Below are positions 10,901-19,618 of a stretch of DNA of 64,000 nt, piece by piece; position 1 is the first letter of the stretch, and each line of letters starts with the position of its first letter. The notes beneath the pieces are model-generated. The model did no database searches and was not told the DNA's origin. It was given only the letters and a program-made list of their open reading frames with translations. Both the position numbers and the translations under genes were made by a program. The DNA comes from Beijerinckiaceae bacterium (lineage in GTDB: Bacteria > Pseudomonadota > Alphaproteobacteria > Rhizobiales > Beijerinckiaceae), in the NCBI GenBank assembly GCA_027533425.1, contig JAPZUD010000007.1, positions 135,928 to 199,927 on the forward strand. The letters are read 5' to 3'.

Positions 10901-11140
10901 GATGTTGGTGATGCCCTCGATACCGGCGACGGCGCGTTCGAGCACTTCCGTCACCCGGCTCTCGATCACCTCGTTCGAGGCCCCGCGATAGGCCGTCGAG
11001 ATCGAGACGACCGGCGGGTCGATCTGAGGATATTCGCGTACCGGGAGAGACATCAGCCCGGCCACCCCGGCAACGCAGAGAAGCAGGCTGATCACGCTGG
11101 CAAAGACCGGGCGCTGGATCGAAACATCGGAGAGCTGCAT
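7982..11140 (-). CDS. RND efflux transporter permease subunit (HAE1/AcrB-like)
   Basis: 1052 aa; IQRPVFASV; LPVREYPQID; AIGIVVDDAIVEVENVHR; GIMTKNGILIVEF; RLRPILMT. Confidence 0.95.
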   Translation of the reverse strand: MQLSDVSIQRPVFASVISLLLCVAGVAGLMSLPVREYPQIDPPVVSISTAYRGASNEVIESRVTEVLERAVAGIEGITNINSFSQNDRSSITIEFDVNRDPDAAAADVRDRVGRVLSRLPDGVDAPIIQRVDSNAQAILWIGVTSTNLDALELTDFLRRTVVDRLATVPGVASVNIGGERRYAMRVAVDRAAMAARGVTVQDVEAAIKRQNVDLPGGRLTSAQREITVKTDSKLSNREQFANIVVAMRNGYQVRLGEVAQVEVGAEDERFEFFASGKTAIGLGIIRQSTANTLSVAEGVAAELNLIRPAFPEGTNAEILYNEANFIRSSINGVLKTLVEGILLVVLVILVFLRSWRSTLVATIAIPVSIIPTFAVLWMFGFSINVLTLLAVVLAIGIVVDDAIVEVENVHRRIEEGEPPLLASFIGAREIAFAVIATTITLISVFVPIAFMDGQTGRLFREFGVTLATAIFFSGVVARTLTPMMCSKLLTSHHGWVHRKTEPFFDGMGRVYSRMLKRALNAPLLVIALGAGVSFAAVQLFFLVPKEFAPVEDRGTIIIPVTAPESASLSFTRERMREVEALLKPYFESKVISSTLTIVAPGLQRPAPVNSGLLIVRLAPWNERNVRQQALQQELLAKVQQIPGARIFPINPPSLGQRGFQQPIQFVIGGPDFVTLAAWRDLVLERANATGLFRNLDSDYTERQPDLRVQIDRGRAADLGVSVEAIGRSLELMFGEREVSTFVDRGIEYSVIMQARAENRIRPDDLKNVFVRTGAGELVPLSNFVSLREQAGPQRLNRFDRLRSITIQGSLAPGVTLGQGIDALDRIAKEVLPAEARIGYNGQSKEYKRASSSLYMTFGFALLVVFLVLAAQFESWIAPAVIMVTVPLALTGALAILLLTGQTLNVYSQIGMILLIGIMTKNGILIVEFTNQLREQGLDLYEAVVKASEMRLRPILMTSIATVFGAVPLALSTGAGAEARATIGWVIIGGASLSTFMTLFLVPSVFLMVGNYTSPRSTIAEKLAELQERFASGPKGKEAHGHGHQAGQGQPAE

Positions 11141-11205
11141 GGTCGCTCCTGTGGAACCGGTTCAGGAAACGCGGGCGCACGAGACGCCCGGTGCGCTGTC
11201 GAAGG

Positions 11206-12438
11206 TCAGGCCTTCTTGCCGGCGGCGGCCGGGTCGCCCGCGCCGGCGGCCGGCACGCTGCTCTGGCCGGGAAAGGCCGGCTTGGTCTGGACAGGCTGCC
11301 CCTGCCGGATGCGCTGCACGCCGCGGACAACGATCGTCTCGCCGACGGCAAGCCCCGTCAGGACCTCGACCTTGCCATCCTGCCGCTGCCCGATCGTCAC
11401 GACGCGGCGTTCGATCTTGCCATCCTTGACCACGAAGGCGATCTGGCGCGGCCCCTCGGCCACGACCGATTCCTCCGGCGCCAGCAGGGCGTTCTCGCGC
11501 GCCGCGATTTGCAGCGAGACATTCATGAACATGCCCGGCTTCAGCGAGCCGTCAGGATTGGGAATGATGGCGGTGAGCTTGGCCGACCGCGTCACCGTGT
11601 CGATGCGCGTATCGATGACGGCAACGGTGCCCTCGAAAATGCGTCCCGGAAAGGCGAGCGAGGTCGAGCGCGCCGTCGCGCCGACCTTGATCCGGTTGAC
11701 CAGCGTCTCCGGCACCGCAAAATCAAGCCGCATCCTGGAAACATCATCGAGCGTCGTGACCGGCACGCGATTGTCCACCAGCGCGCCGAGGGAAACCTGC
11801 CGCCAGCCGACGCGGCCGTCGAACGGCGCCCGGAGGATCAGGTCATCCAGCCGGGCCGCCGCAGCGCGCTCGCGCGCTTCGGCTGCCGCAATGGCGGTCT
11901 CGATCGTCCGCAGCTGCAGGGTCAGGTCGGCGACCTGCGCTTCCGTTCCTGCGCCGGTCTGGCGGAGCTGAAGGGCGCGCTGCAATTTCTGATTGGTCTC
12001 GTCGCGCTGGGCCTTCGCTGTGGCGATCGCCGCGCGCGTCGCCTCGAGATCGGCGCGCCGCTCGGCCACATCCAGCCGGATCAGCTCGTCGCCGGCTTTC
12101 ACCGTCTGGCCTTCCTCGAACGAAATCTTCTCGACGGTCCCCGAGACCTTTGCGGTGAGTGTCACGGATTCAAAGGCGCGCGTCGTACCAACCGCCTCGG
12201 AAATCTCCATGACCGGACCGGTGCCGACATTCGTCACCTCGACGATGGCCGGCGGCGCATTGCCGCCCGGCCCACCCCGCCCGGGCGCACCGCCGGCAGC
12301 GGGGCCGGGCTTCGGCGCCAGCGCGGCAAGGCCGGGAACTTTCGCGAGAACCGGCGCGATGGCGGACCATTGCTGCCAGCCGAGAAGCATCCCGCCTCCC
12401 ATAACCGCAATGACCACCAGCTGCGTTGTCGTCCGCAT
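11206..12438 (-). CDS. RND periplasmic adaptor (membrane fusion protein)
   Basis: N-terminal anchor; VGTT...VTLTAKVSGTVEKI; APFDGRVG; LKPGMF; directly upstream of the permease. Confidence 0.92.
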   Translation of the reverse strand: MRTTTQLVVIAVMGGGMLLGWQQWSAIAPVLAKVPGLAALAPKPGPAAGGAPGRGGPGGNAPPAIVEVTNVGTGPVMEISEAVGTTRAFESVTLTAKVSGTVEKISFEEGQTVKAGDELIRLDVAERRADLEATRAAIATAKAQRDETNQKLQRALQLRQTGAGTEAQVADLTLQLRTIETAIAAAEARERAAAARLDDLILRAPFDGRVGWRQVSLGALVDNRVPVTTLDDVSRMRLDFAVPETLVNRIKVGATARSTSLAFPGRIFEGTVAVIDTRIDTVTRSAKLTAIIPNPDGSLKPGMFMNVSLQIAARENALLAPEESVVAEGPRQIAFVVKDGKIERRVVTIGQRQDGKVEVLTGLAVGETIVVRGVQRIRQGQPVQTKPAFPGQSSVPAAGAGDPAAAGKKA

Positions 12439-12817
12439 GCTCGTCTCCTGCATGCATGACCGGGTGCCCCCGCACGTGGCCATGCCTGAATGTCGCCGGA
12501 ACGATATTTAGGGCGGCCATCCGCGAAAAGATACCTGTTCCGCACGGAGATCCTGCATTGCGGCATCAAGGCATGCGAACGCGCAACACCTGGATGCACC
12601 GGCGTGAGGCATCCTGCCCTGCGGATGCCCGATCTGGGCAGCAAAGCAACAGGACCAAGGCGCCGATTTCGGATGGACCGCACGCTCCACCGCCGGCAGA
12701 AGCCCATTCTCCCGTCGGCGGCCATGCCTTTGCCGGCTTGGAAAGCATCGTGTTCACAAATACGTGAGCCTTCCCCGGAAGCCCATTCTTGACCAGGAGG
12801 CATCCCGGTTCCCTTGC

Positions 12818-12831
12818 TTGATCGGGATCAA
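12818..12831. promoter_or_regulatory. FNR/FixK box
   Basis: TTGATCGGGATCAA, a perfect TTGAT-N4-ATCAA ending 87 bp upstream of the DUF2189 start. Confidence 0.8.
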
Positions 12832-12918
12832 GGACTGACAACCCCGCCATGCCATGCTCGACAATCGGAGGTTCCCGACCTGCGGGAGCCAGAGAAACCG
12901 CTTCGCGGAGGCCCTGAC

Positions 12919-13752
12919 ATGACCGATATGCCGTCATCCCTTGCCCCTGCCCCACAGAAGCGGGATCCGATTGTCCGGCCTGTCACCGTGAACGATATCG
13001 CCGAGGCCATCGGCGCCGGCCTGCGCGACGTGCAGGCAACGCCTCTCCTCAGCCTCGGTTTCGGGGCGCTGTACGCACTGGGCGGGCTTGCCATCCTGTT
13101 CTCGGTCACGGCCCTCGGAATGCCCTACCTCGCCTATCCGCTTGCGGCAGGTTTCGCGATCATGGGCCCTTTCGTGGCTGTCGGCCTCTATGAGATCAGC
13201 CGTCGCCGCGAGCAGGGGCTGCCCGTCACGCCGGGCGGGCTCTGGCGGACTGTGAGGAGCCGGAGCGAGGTGGGCTGGATGGCCTTTGTCACGCTCTTCG
13301 TTTTCATCATCTGGATGTATCAGGTGCGGCTGCTGATGGCGCTTTTCCTGGGCTTCAACGCGAACTTCGCCACGTTGCCGCAATTCCTCAATGTGGTGCT
13401 CACAACGCAGGAAGGCCTGCTCTTCCTTGCGCTCGGCAATGTGATCGGTGCCGTCCTCTCGGTGATCCTGTTCTCGCTGACAGTCGTGTCGTTCCCGCTC
13501 CTGCTTGACCGCGATGTCGACTTCATCACGGCCATGATTACGTCGGTCCGGGCGGTCGTCACCAGCCCCGGCCCGCTGGTGGCCTGGGCGCTGGTGATCG
13601 TGATGCTGCTGATCGTCTCGGCGCTCCCGGCATTCCTGGGGCTGATCTTCACCCTGCCGGTGCTCGGCCATGCAACCTGGCATCTCTATCGCAGGATCGT
13701 CGCCCCGCCCGAGAGCGAAACCGCAGAAGGGGCAGCCGGTGCAATCACCTGA
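12919..13752 (+). CDS. DUF2189-family integral membrane protein
   Basis: VRPVTVNDIAEAIGAGLRD; AAGFAIMGPFVAVGLYEISRRRE; FTLPVLGHATWHLYR. Confidence 0.85.
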   Translation: MTDMPSSLAPAPQKRDPIVRPVTVNDIAEAIGAGLRDVQATPLLSLGFGALYALGGLAILFSVTALGMPYLAYPLAAGFAIMGPFVAVGLYEISRRREQGLPVTPGGLWRTVRSRSEVGWMAFVTLFVFIIWMYQVRLLMALFLGFNANFATLPQFLNVVLTTQEGLLFLALGNVIGAVLSVILFSLTVVSFPLLLDRDVDFITAMITSVRAVVTSPGPLVAWALVIVMLLIVSALPAFLGLIFTLPVLGHATWHLYRRIVAPPESETAEGAAGAIT

Positions 13753-13761
13753 TGTTCGAAC

Positions 13762-14604
13762 TCACCCGATCCGGATCGCGATGATGCCGGCAAAGGCCAG
13801 GGCGCCGGCCGCGATATGGAATCGGCCGATCGCCTCGCGGAGAAAGAAATGCGCGAAGGCGATCGCGAAGAGCACGCTGGTCTCGCGGAGAGCGGCAGCG
13901 AGCGCGACCGGCGTGATCGAGACAGCCCAGATATAGAGCAGGAAGCTCGACATCGAGATCAGGGACAGGCCAAGCCCTTTCGCCCCGTGGCGGCGCAGCA
14001 TCGGCATGAGGTCGCCGCGCTCCCATTGCGTCAGCAGCCCGATCAGGATCGCATTGCCGATGGCCAGCGCGAAAGCATACCCCATCACGGTCCCGCCCAG
14101 CCGCACACCGATCGCATCGGCCGTGGTGTAGCCCGCTCCGGCCACGGCAGAGACAAGGGCAAACAGCACGCCGCGCAATTCGGTGCGGCCTGCCCGATGC
14201 GCGGCAAAGGCCAGCATGATCAGAGCACTGGCGATCATCACCACGCCGGCAAAGCCTGTCGGGCGGGGCCATTCGCCAAGCAGGACGATGCCGAGCGGCA
14301 AGGTCATCAGGGGGATGCCGGCTCGCATGATCGGATAGGTCAGGCCGAAACTCGCATGGCGATAGGCCGCCATGGCGAAGCGGATACCGAACGTGTTGAT
14401 CACCATGCCGCCCAGCAGCCAAGGCCAGGCCGCCGCAGCCGGGGGCCCGAACCAGGCCAGCCCGGGCAGGCTGATGATGCCGGCCCCGATCACCGCAGCC
14501 GCGACAATGTCGCCGGGCTCCGAACCGGCCCGCGCGAGCGCGTTCCATGATGCATGGAGAATGGCACTGATCAGGACTGCCACGAAAGGCAGGGTGTCGA
14601 TCAC
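13762..14604 (-). CDS. EamA/DMT-family transporter
   Basis: LISAILHASWNAL; LTYPIMRAG; AAALRETSVLFA; about 10 hydrophobic segments; GTG start chosen. Confidence 0.85.
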   Translation of the reverse strand: MIDTLPFVAVLISAILHASWNALARAGSEPGDIVAAAVIGAGIISLPGLAWFGPPAAAAWPWLLGGMVINTFGIRFAMAAYRHASFGLTYPIMRAGIPLMTLPLGIVLLGEWPRPTGFAGVVMIASALIMLAFAAHRAGRTELRGVLFALVSAVAGAGYTTADAIGVRLGGTVMGYAFALAIGNAILIGLLTQWERGDLMPMLRRHGAKGLGLSLISMSSFLLYIWAVSITPVALAAALRETSVLFAIAFAHFFLREAIGRFHIAAGALAFAGIIAIRIG

Positions 14605-14743
14605 GGGGGAACTCGAGGCAGGGCCGGCTTTGCCGCATGGGCGCAGCGTCGCCGCACGCCATGCCCGCATCACCGGATGAGGGAAACATTCCTCCTGAGG
14701 CTACACAGTTCCGCCAGCCAGCGCCATGCCGGATCGTGCCCGT

Positions 14744-15373
14744 TCACGATGTACCATAGATCCGGTCGCCGGCATCGCCGAGCCCCGGCATGATATAGCC
14801 CTTCTCATTGAGGCCGCGGTCGATGGCTGCAGTCCAGATCGGCACATCGGGATGCGACGCCCGGAGATGGCGGATCCCCTCGGGCGCCGCGAGCAGGCAG
14901 ACATAGCGGATATCGCGCGCACCCCTGGCCTTGAGCCGGTCGATGGCGGCAACGGCGGAATTTCCGGTCGCCAGCATCGGATCGGTGACGATGATCAGCC
15001 GGTCCGGCAGATCCTTGGGCGCCTTGAAGAAATACTCGACGGCTTCGAGGGTGTCATGGTCGCGGTAAAGGCCGATATGGGCGAAGCGCGCCGAGGGGAT
15101 CAATTCCTGCATGCCCTCGGCCAACGCGATCCCCGCCCGCAGGATCGGCGCGAGAACCAGCTTCTTGCCCTCGATCTTCGGCGCATCGAACGGCTCGAGC
15201 GGGGTTTCGATGCGCTCGGTCGTCAGCGGCAGGTCCCGTGTGACCTCGTAGGCCAGCAGCATCGAGAGTTCCCGCACCAGCCGCCGGAATTCGCCGGAAG
15301 CCCGCTTTCGATCACGCAGCAGGGACAGCTTGTGCTGAACCAGCGGGTGCTGGACCCAGTGAACACCATCCAT
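14744..15373 (-). CDS. upp: Uracil phosphoribosyltransferase
   Basis: [13 protein letters not shown]; PILRAG; [12 protein letters not shown]; [16 protein letters not shown]. Confidence 0.95.
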   Translation of the reverse strand: MDGVHWVQHPLVQHKLSLLRDRKRASGEFRRLVRELSMLLAYEVTRDLPLTTERIETPLEPFDAPKIEGKKLVLAPILRAGIALAEGMQELIPSARFAHIGLYRDHDTLEAVEYFFKAPKDLPDRLIIVTDPMLATGNSAVAAIDRLKARGARDIRYVCLLAAPEGIRHLRASHPDVPIWTAAIDRGLNEKGYIMPGLGDAGDRIYGTS

Positions 15374-15807
15374 CGAAACCCGCCTCCTCGCCGATTGCGC
15401 ACCTGCCCATGCATCTCCCATGCCTCGCTGGGACGCAAGGGCCGGCGGGCAGGCGTTAACATCTGGCGGGTTAACGCCGCGACGCGCGCCGGCGACCGGT
15501 GGCGCGGGGGGCCACGGGATTTCGTGGGCAAGACGCCTTCCGCCGGGCCCCGCTGCGCATGCTGCGACCGCTTGCCTGCAATCGGTTCAGCCAGAAGATC
15601 CGATCCGGACGGCATCGCCTTCACGGAAAGGATGGATTCCGCGTCATGGAACAAAACGGAATCCCTTTGTTAATTATGCGGACCAACTAAATCACTCTGC
15701 CTGTATAAATTAACCAGTTTCACCCGGGCCTTGTTAACCGGAACGACCCCAACACTTTTTCTGAAACCTCAGAAGGGAGGCTTTCATTGTGTTGGAGAAC
15801 CAAAAAA

Positions 15808-16296
15808 ATGAGACTTAAGTCCGCCCTGCTTGCCGCAGGCCTCGGTCTGGCAATCATGCCAGCCACCTATGCTGCCACCGCCACTGGCACCCTCAACCTC
15901 AGCATCACGATCCAGGCCTCGTGCACGGTCGTTTCGGCGACCGCCATCAACTTCGGTTCGATGGCAACGATCGCCGCCAACGTCGACCAGACGAGCACGC
16001 TCACCGTGAACTGCTCCTCGACCACACCGTACAATGTCGGCCTCGGCGTCGGCGGCGGTTCGGGCGCCACCGTGGCGACCCGCAAGATGACGTCGGGCTC
16101 GGATGTCGTGAACTACACGCTGTACCGCGATGCGTCCCGCACGCAGGTCTGGGGCGAAACGATCGGCACCGATACGGTGACCGGCACCGGTACCGGCGCG
16201 AACCAGACGCTGACAATCTATGCGCGCGTGCCCTCTCAGGCGGTTCCGCCGCCCGGCACCTACACCGATGCCGTGACCATCACGGTCACCTACTGA
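15808..16296 (+). CDS. Spore-coat-U/Csu-type fimbrial major subunit
   Basis: Signal peptide; ATATGTLNLSITIQASC; SCPU-type Cys pair; YTLYRD; PPPGTYTDAVTITVTY; RBS GGAGAA. Confidence 0.9.
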   Translation: MRLKSALLAAGLGLAIMPATYAATATGTLNLSITIQASCTVVSATAINFGSMATIAANVDQTSTLTVNCSSTTPYNVGLGVGGGSGATVATRKMTSGSDVVNYTLYRDASRTQVWGETIGTDTVTGTGTGANQTLTIYARVPSQAVPPPGTYTDAVTITVTY

Positions 16297-16305
16297 TACC
16301 TCCCC

Positions 16306-16331
16306 GCGGGCTGGCCCGATGGCCAGCCCGC
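16306..16331 (+). terminator. Strong intergenic hairpin after the pilin gene (attenuator or mRNA stabiliser)
   Basis: GCGGGCTGGCC-CGAT-GGCCAGCCCGC, a perfect 11-bp stem with only a weak U tract. Confidence 0.6.
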
Positions 16332-16398
16332 TTCATCCGCTCTCCTGAAAATGCAAGCCGAAACCCTGCCCGAGATTGCGGCAGCGCTGGAGGATTCG

Positions 16399-17124
16399 AT
16401 GAAAAACCCAATCATCGCATTGATTTCAATGATCTTTCTTGCGTTGACCGGAGGTCTGGCACCGCAAGCGGCGCTTGCGGCAGCCCTGCAGGCGTCTCCG
16501 GTCCTGGTCGAGCTCCGGGCGGACAGCCCGAGTGCCACGATCCAGATCCGCAATACCGGGCAGGCCCCGATCGCGGTCCAGACCCGCGTCTATCGCTGGA
16601 CGCAGGAAAACGGCGAGGAGAGCCTCGACGAGACCGACGATCTAAGCGCCTCGCCACCGATGACCACCCTCCAGCCGGGAACCACCTATTCGGTACGGCT
16701 GGTCCGGGTGAACCGCCAGCCTGTCGCGCAGGAACAGGCCTATCGCGTCCTCGTTGACGAATTGCCGGATCCGAACCGCCAGCAATCCGGCACAATCGCG
16801 ATGGTGGTCCGGCATTCGATCCCCGTTTTCCTGCTTGGTCCCGAAGGCAAGCCCGCGCAGCTCACCTGGTCGGTCGGCACGCGCAACGGCCGGCTGGTGC
16901 TTCGCGCCACGAACAGCGGCGACCGCCGCGTCCGCCTGTCCAATGTCTCCGTCCGCTTGCCCGGTGGCCAGAATGTCAGCTTCGGCAATGGGCTGCTGGG
17001 CTATGCACTGGCCGGCTCCACCATGGAATGGCTCTCGCCGGGCCGGGCTTCCGGCTCAGGCGGCACCGTGACCGCCACGACCGAGCGCGGCACCGTTACC
17101 GGCCAGGCTACGGGCCTTCGCTGA
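16399..17124 (+). CDS. Fimbrial periplasmic chaperone (PapD/CsuC-like)
   Basis: LQASPVLVEL; IRNTG; VQTRVYRWTQENG; EQAYRVLVDELP; RHSIPVF; RBS GGAGGA. Confidence 0.9.
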   Translation: MKNPIIALISMIFLALTGGLAPQAALAAALQASPVLVELRADSPSATIQIRNTGQAPIAVQTRVYRWTQENGEESLDETDDLSASPPMTTLQPGTTYSVRLVRVNRQPVAQEQAYRVLVDELPDPNRQQSGTIAMVVRHSIPVFLLGPEGKPAQLTWSVGTRNGRLVLRATNSGDRRVRLSNVSVRLPGGQNVSFGNGLLGYALAGSTMEWLSPGRASGSGGTVTATTERGTVTGQATGLR

Positions 17125-17157
17125 CCGGATCGCAGGGATGCGACCGGAACGGTTGCC

Positions 17158-19617
17158 ATGGCCAGAGCCTCGCCCCGCCTGAGACAGCACCAGATAGACA
17201 TGCGGCCGGCCCGCATGATGACCCGGCTCTGCCGGGTCTTGGTGCTTCTGCTGGGCCTTGTCCTGCCACAGGCGATCCTCGCCGCCACAAAGCCGCCGGA
17301 AGGCAGCCAGAAGCTGATGCTCGAGGTCTTCATCAACGGAGACCCGACCAATCTGATCGCCGAATTCCATCGCCGCCCGGACGGACGCTTCCTGTCGAGA
17401 CGCTCGGAACTCCGCGAGATCGGCGTCGCCGTGCCCAAAGGCAACGACCAGGACCTGATCGAACTGGAGACAATCCCGGGCTTCGGGCTCCGCTATGACG
17501 AGCCGGCCCAGAAACTCCATGTCAGCCTGACCCCGGAAATGCGGCTTGCGAAGGATTACGACGCCAGCGAGGCCGTCGGCCATGTCACGCAGGAAAAGAT
17601 CGGCATCTCGAGCGATTTCGGCTCGGTACTGAACTACAACCTCTACGGCACATCGACCCGCGGCTACACGCAATCGACCAAGCTGTTCAATACCGGCTCG
17701 GTCACACTCGATCACCGCGCCTTCTCTCCCGTAGGCGTCCTGCAGAACACGGCCATTGCCGGAACGACCCTCGCCAAGAAGGGCATCCTCCGGCTCGAAT
17801 CCTCGTTCGTCTATGCCCATCCGGAGACCATGACGCTCGTTACCGCCGGCGATTCGATCAGCGGCGGCCTGAACTGGACGCGCCCGGTCCGCTATGGCGG
17901 CGGGCAGATCAGCCGGCAATTCTCGCTCCGGCCGGACCTCGTCACTGCCCCGCTGCCGAGCGTCGGCGGGAGCGCCGCCGTGCCTTCGACGGTGGAGGTC
18001 TATGTCGACAATATCCGCGTCGCCAGCCGCGATGTCGGGGCCGGTCCGTTCCGGCTCAACAATATCCCGGTTCCGGGCGAATCCGGCACGGCGCGGGTTG
18101 TCGTGCGCGATGTGACCGGCCGGGAAACGGTGACGTCGGTGCCTTTCTTCACCTCGTCGAAATTGCTCGATTCCGGCCAGTTCGACTATTCGCTCGATGG
18201 GGGCCTGCCTCGCTATAATTATGCGGTTGAATCCTTTGATTACGGCAGCAAATGGATCGGCATGGGCACGCTCCGCTACGGGTTGACCGACAGGCTGACC
18301 ATCGAGGCCCATGCGGAAGCGACACCCGGCCTGGCCAATGGCGGTGCCGGGGTGACGTTCGGCGCCGAGAAATTCGGTCTGTTCAGCGTTGCTGGCGCGG
18401 CAAGCCGGCATCGCGACGCATGGGGCGGGCTCTTCCATGCGAGCTGGCAGAACACGATCCGAGGTGTCTTCGTCGGCATCAGCACCCAACGCACCCTCGG
18501 CCGCTACGAGGATGTCGCCTCGGTCACGGCGCGCCAGGTCAAGACCGAAACGTCGGGCGATCTCGTCGATTCCGGCTTCTTCGTGCTCAACCGCTCGGCC
18601 CGGATGCCGAAGGCCATCGACCGCTTCACCATGGGCGTGCCGCTGCCGAAATGGAACGCCTCGATGGCGGCAAGCTTCGTCAATCTCGAGCGCGCCGACG
18701 GCGAGAAATCGCACCTCCTGAGCCTGACCTATTCCCAGACCGTCAAGAAGAAATACAACCTGTTCGTCTCCGCCTATTCCGATCTCGCCGATAACCGGCA
18801 GGCCGGGATCAGCGCCGGCCTGTCCTTCTCGCTCGGCGATGACATCATCCTCACCAGCTCGGTTGGCGGGAGCCGCGACACCCGCAGCGCGAGTGTCGAG
18901 GCGATCCGCCCCCTCGGGACGAAGGCGCATGATTACGGCTGGCGGGTCTATACCAATGAAGGCACGACCATGCAGCGGGGCGCCAGCGGCGTCTACCGCA
19001 ACCCCTGGGCGCAGATCGGCGCGGGGATCCGGCAGGATGACCGCTTCGTCGGCGGGTTTGCCGAACTCGACAGCGCGATCGTGGCCAATACCAGCGGTGT
19101 CTTCCCGAGCCGCCGCGTCAATGACGCCTTCGCGATCGTCGATGCCGGCGCGCCGGGTGTCGAGGTCCTGCACGAGAACCGCCCGGTCGCGACAACGAAC
19201 TGGTTCGGCAAGGCCGTGGTGCCCGATCTGCGTTCCTTCCAGCGCTCGAAGATCGCGATCTCGCCGGAAACCGTGCCGGCCGGCAATCATGTCACCCTGA
19301 CCGAGCAGGATGTCATCCCGGGATTCCGTGGCTCGAGCACAGTCCGCGTGAAGACGATCGCCGCACAGGATACGGCCCGGATCCAGCTGCGGGACGAGAA
19401 GGGCGAAGCGATCCCGATCGGGGCGATCGTCACCCATGCCGAGACCGGCACGACCCATACGATCGGCTATGGCGGCATGATCTTCATCCCCGGCATCGGG
19501 GATTCAAACACGCTCGTGGTGCAGCATGGCGACAGGACCTGTCAGGCCAGTTTCACCCGCGAGGACCGCAAGGGGCCGACCGGAAGGGTCGGGCCCCTCA
19601 TATGCAAGGGAGGGTGA
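17158..19617 (+). CDS. Fimbrial outer-membrane usher (CsuD-like); start may be 17200
   Basis: LEVFING; VLNYNLY; GDSISGGLNWTRPVRYGGGQ; GSAAVPSTVEVYVD; GPF.LNNIP; C-terminal Cys pair. Confidence 0.92.
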   Translation: MARASPRLRQHQIDMRPARMMTRLCRVLVLLLGLVLPQAILAATKPPEGSQKLMLEVFINGDPTNLIAEFHRRPDGRFLSRRSELREIGVAVPKGNDQDLIELETIPGFGLRYDEPAQKLHVSLTPEMRLAKDYDASEAVGHVTQEKIGISSDFGSVLNYNLYGTSTRGYTQSTKLFNTGSVTLDHRAFSPVGVLQNTAIAGTTLAKKGILRLESSFVYAHPETMTLVTAGDSISGGLNWTRPVRYGGGQISRQFSLRPDLVTAPLPSVGGSAAVPSTVEVYVDNIRVASRDVGAGPFRLNNIPVPGESGTARVVVRDVTGRETVTSVPFFTSSKLLDSGQFDYSLDGGLPRYNYAVESFDYGSKWIGMGTLRYGLTDRLTIEAHAEATPGLANGGAGVTFGAEKFGLFSVAGAASRHRDAWGGLFHASWQNTIRGVFVGISTQRTLGRYEDVASVTARQVKTETSGDLVDSGFFVLNRSARMPKAIDRFTMGVPLPKWNASMAASFVNLERADGEKSHLLSLTYSQTVKKKYNLFVSAYSDLADNRQAGISAGLSFSLGDDIILTSSVGGSRDTRSASVEAIRPLGTKAHDYGWRVYTNEGTTMQRGASGVYRNPWAQIGAGIRQDDRFVGGFAELDSAIVANTSGVFPSRRVNDAFAIVDAGAPGVEVLHENRPVATTNWFGKAVVPDLRSFQRSKIAISPETVPAGNHVTLTEQDVIPGFRGSSTVRVKTIAAQDTARIQLRDEKGEAIPIGAIVTHAETGTTHTIGYGGMIFIPGIGDSNTLVVQHGDRTCQASFTREDRKGPTGRVGPLICKGG

Positions 19618-19618
19618 A

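Noticed and set aside
7982-12438. RND pump lacking an outer-membrane factor gene
   Set aside because: Common arrangement; a TolC-type channel is normally encoded elsewhere.
17056-19458. 800-aa minus-strand ORF
   Set aside because: Shadow of the usher gene.
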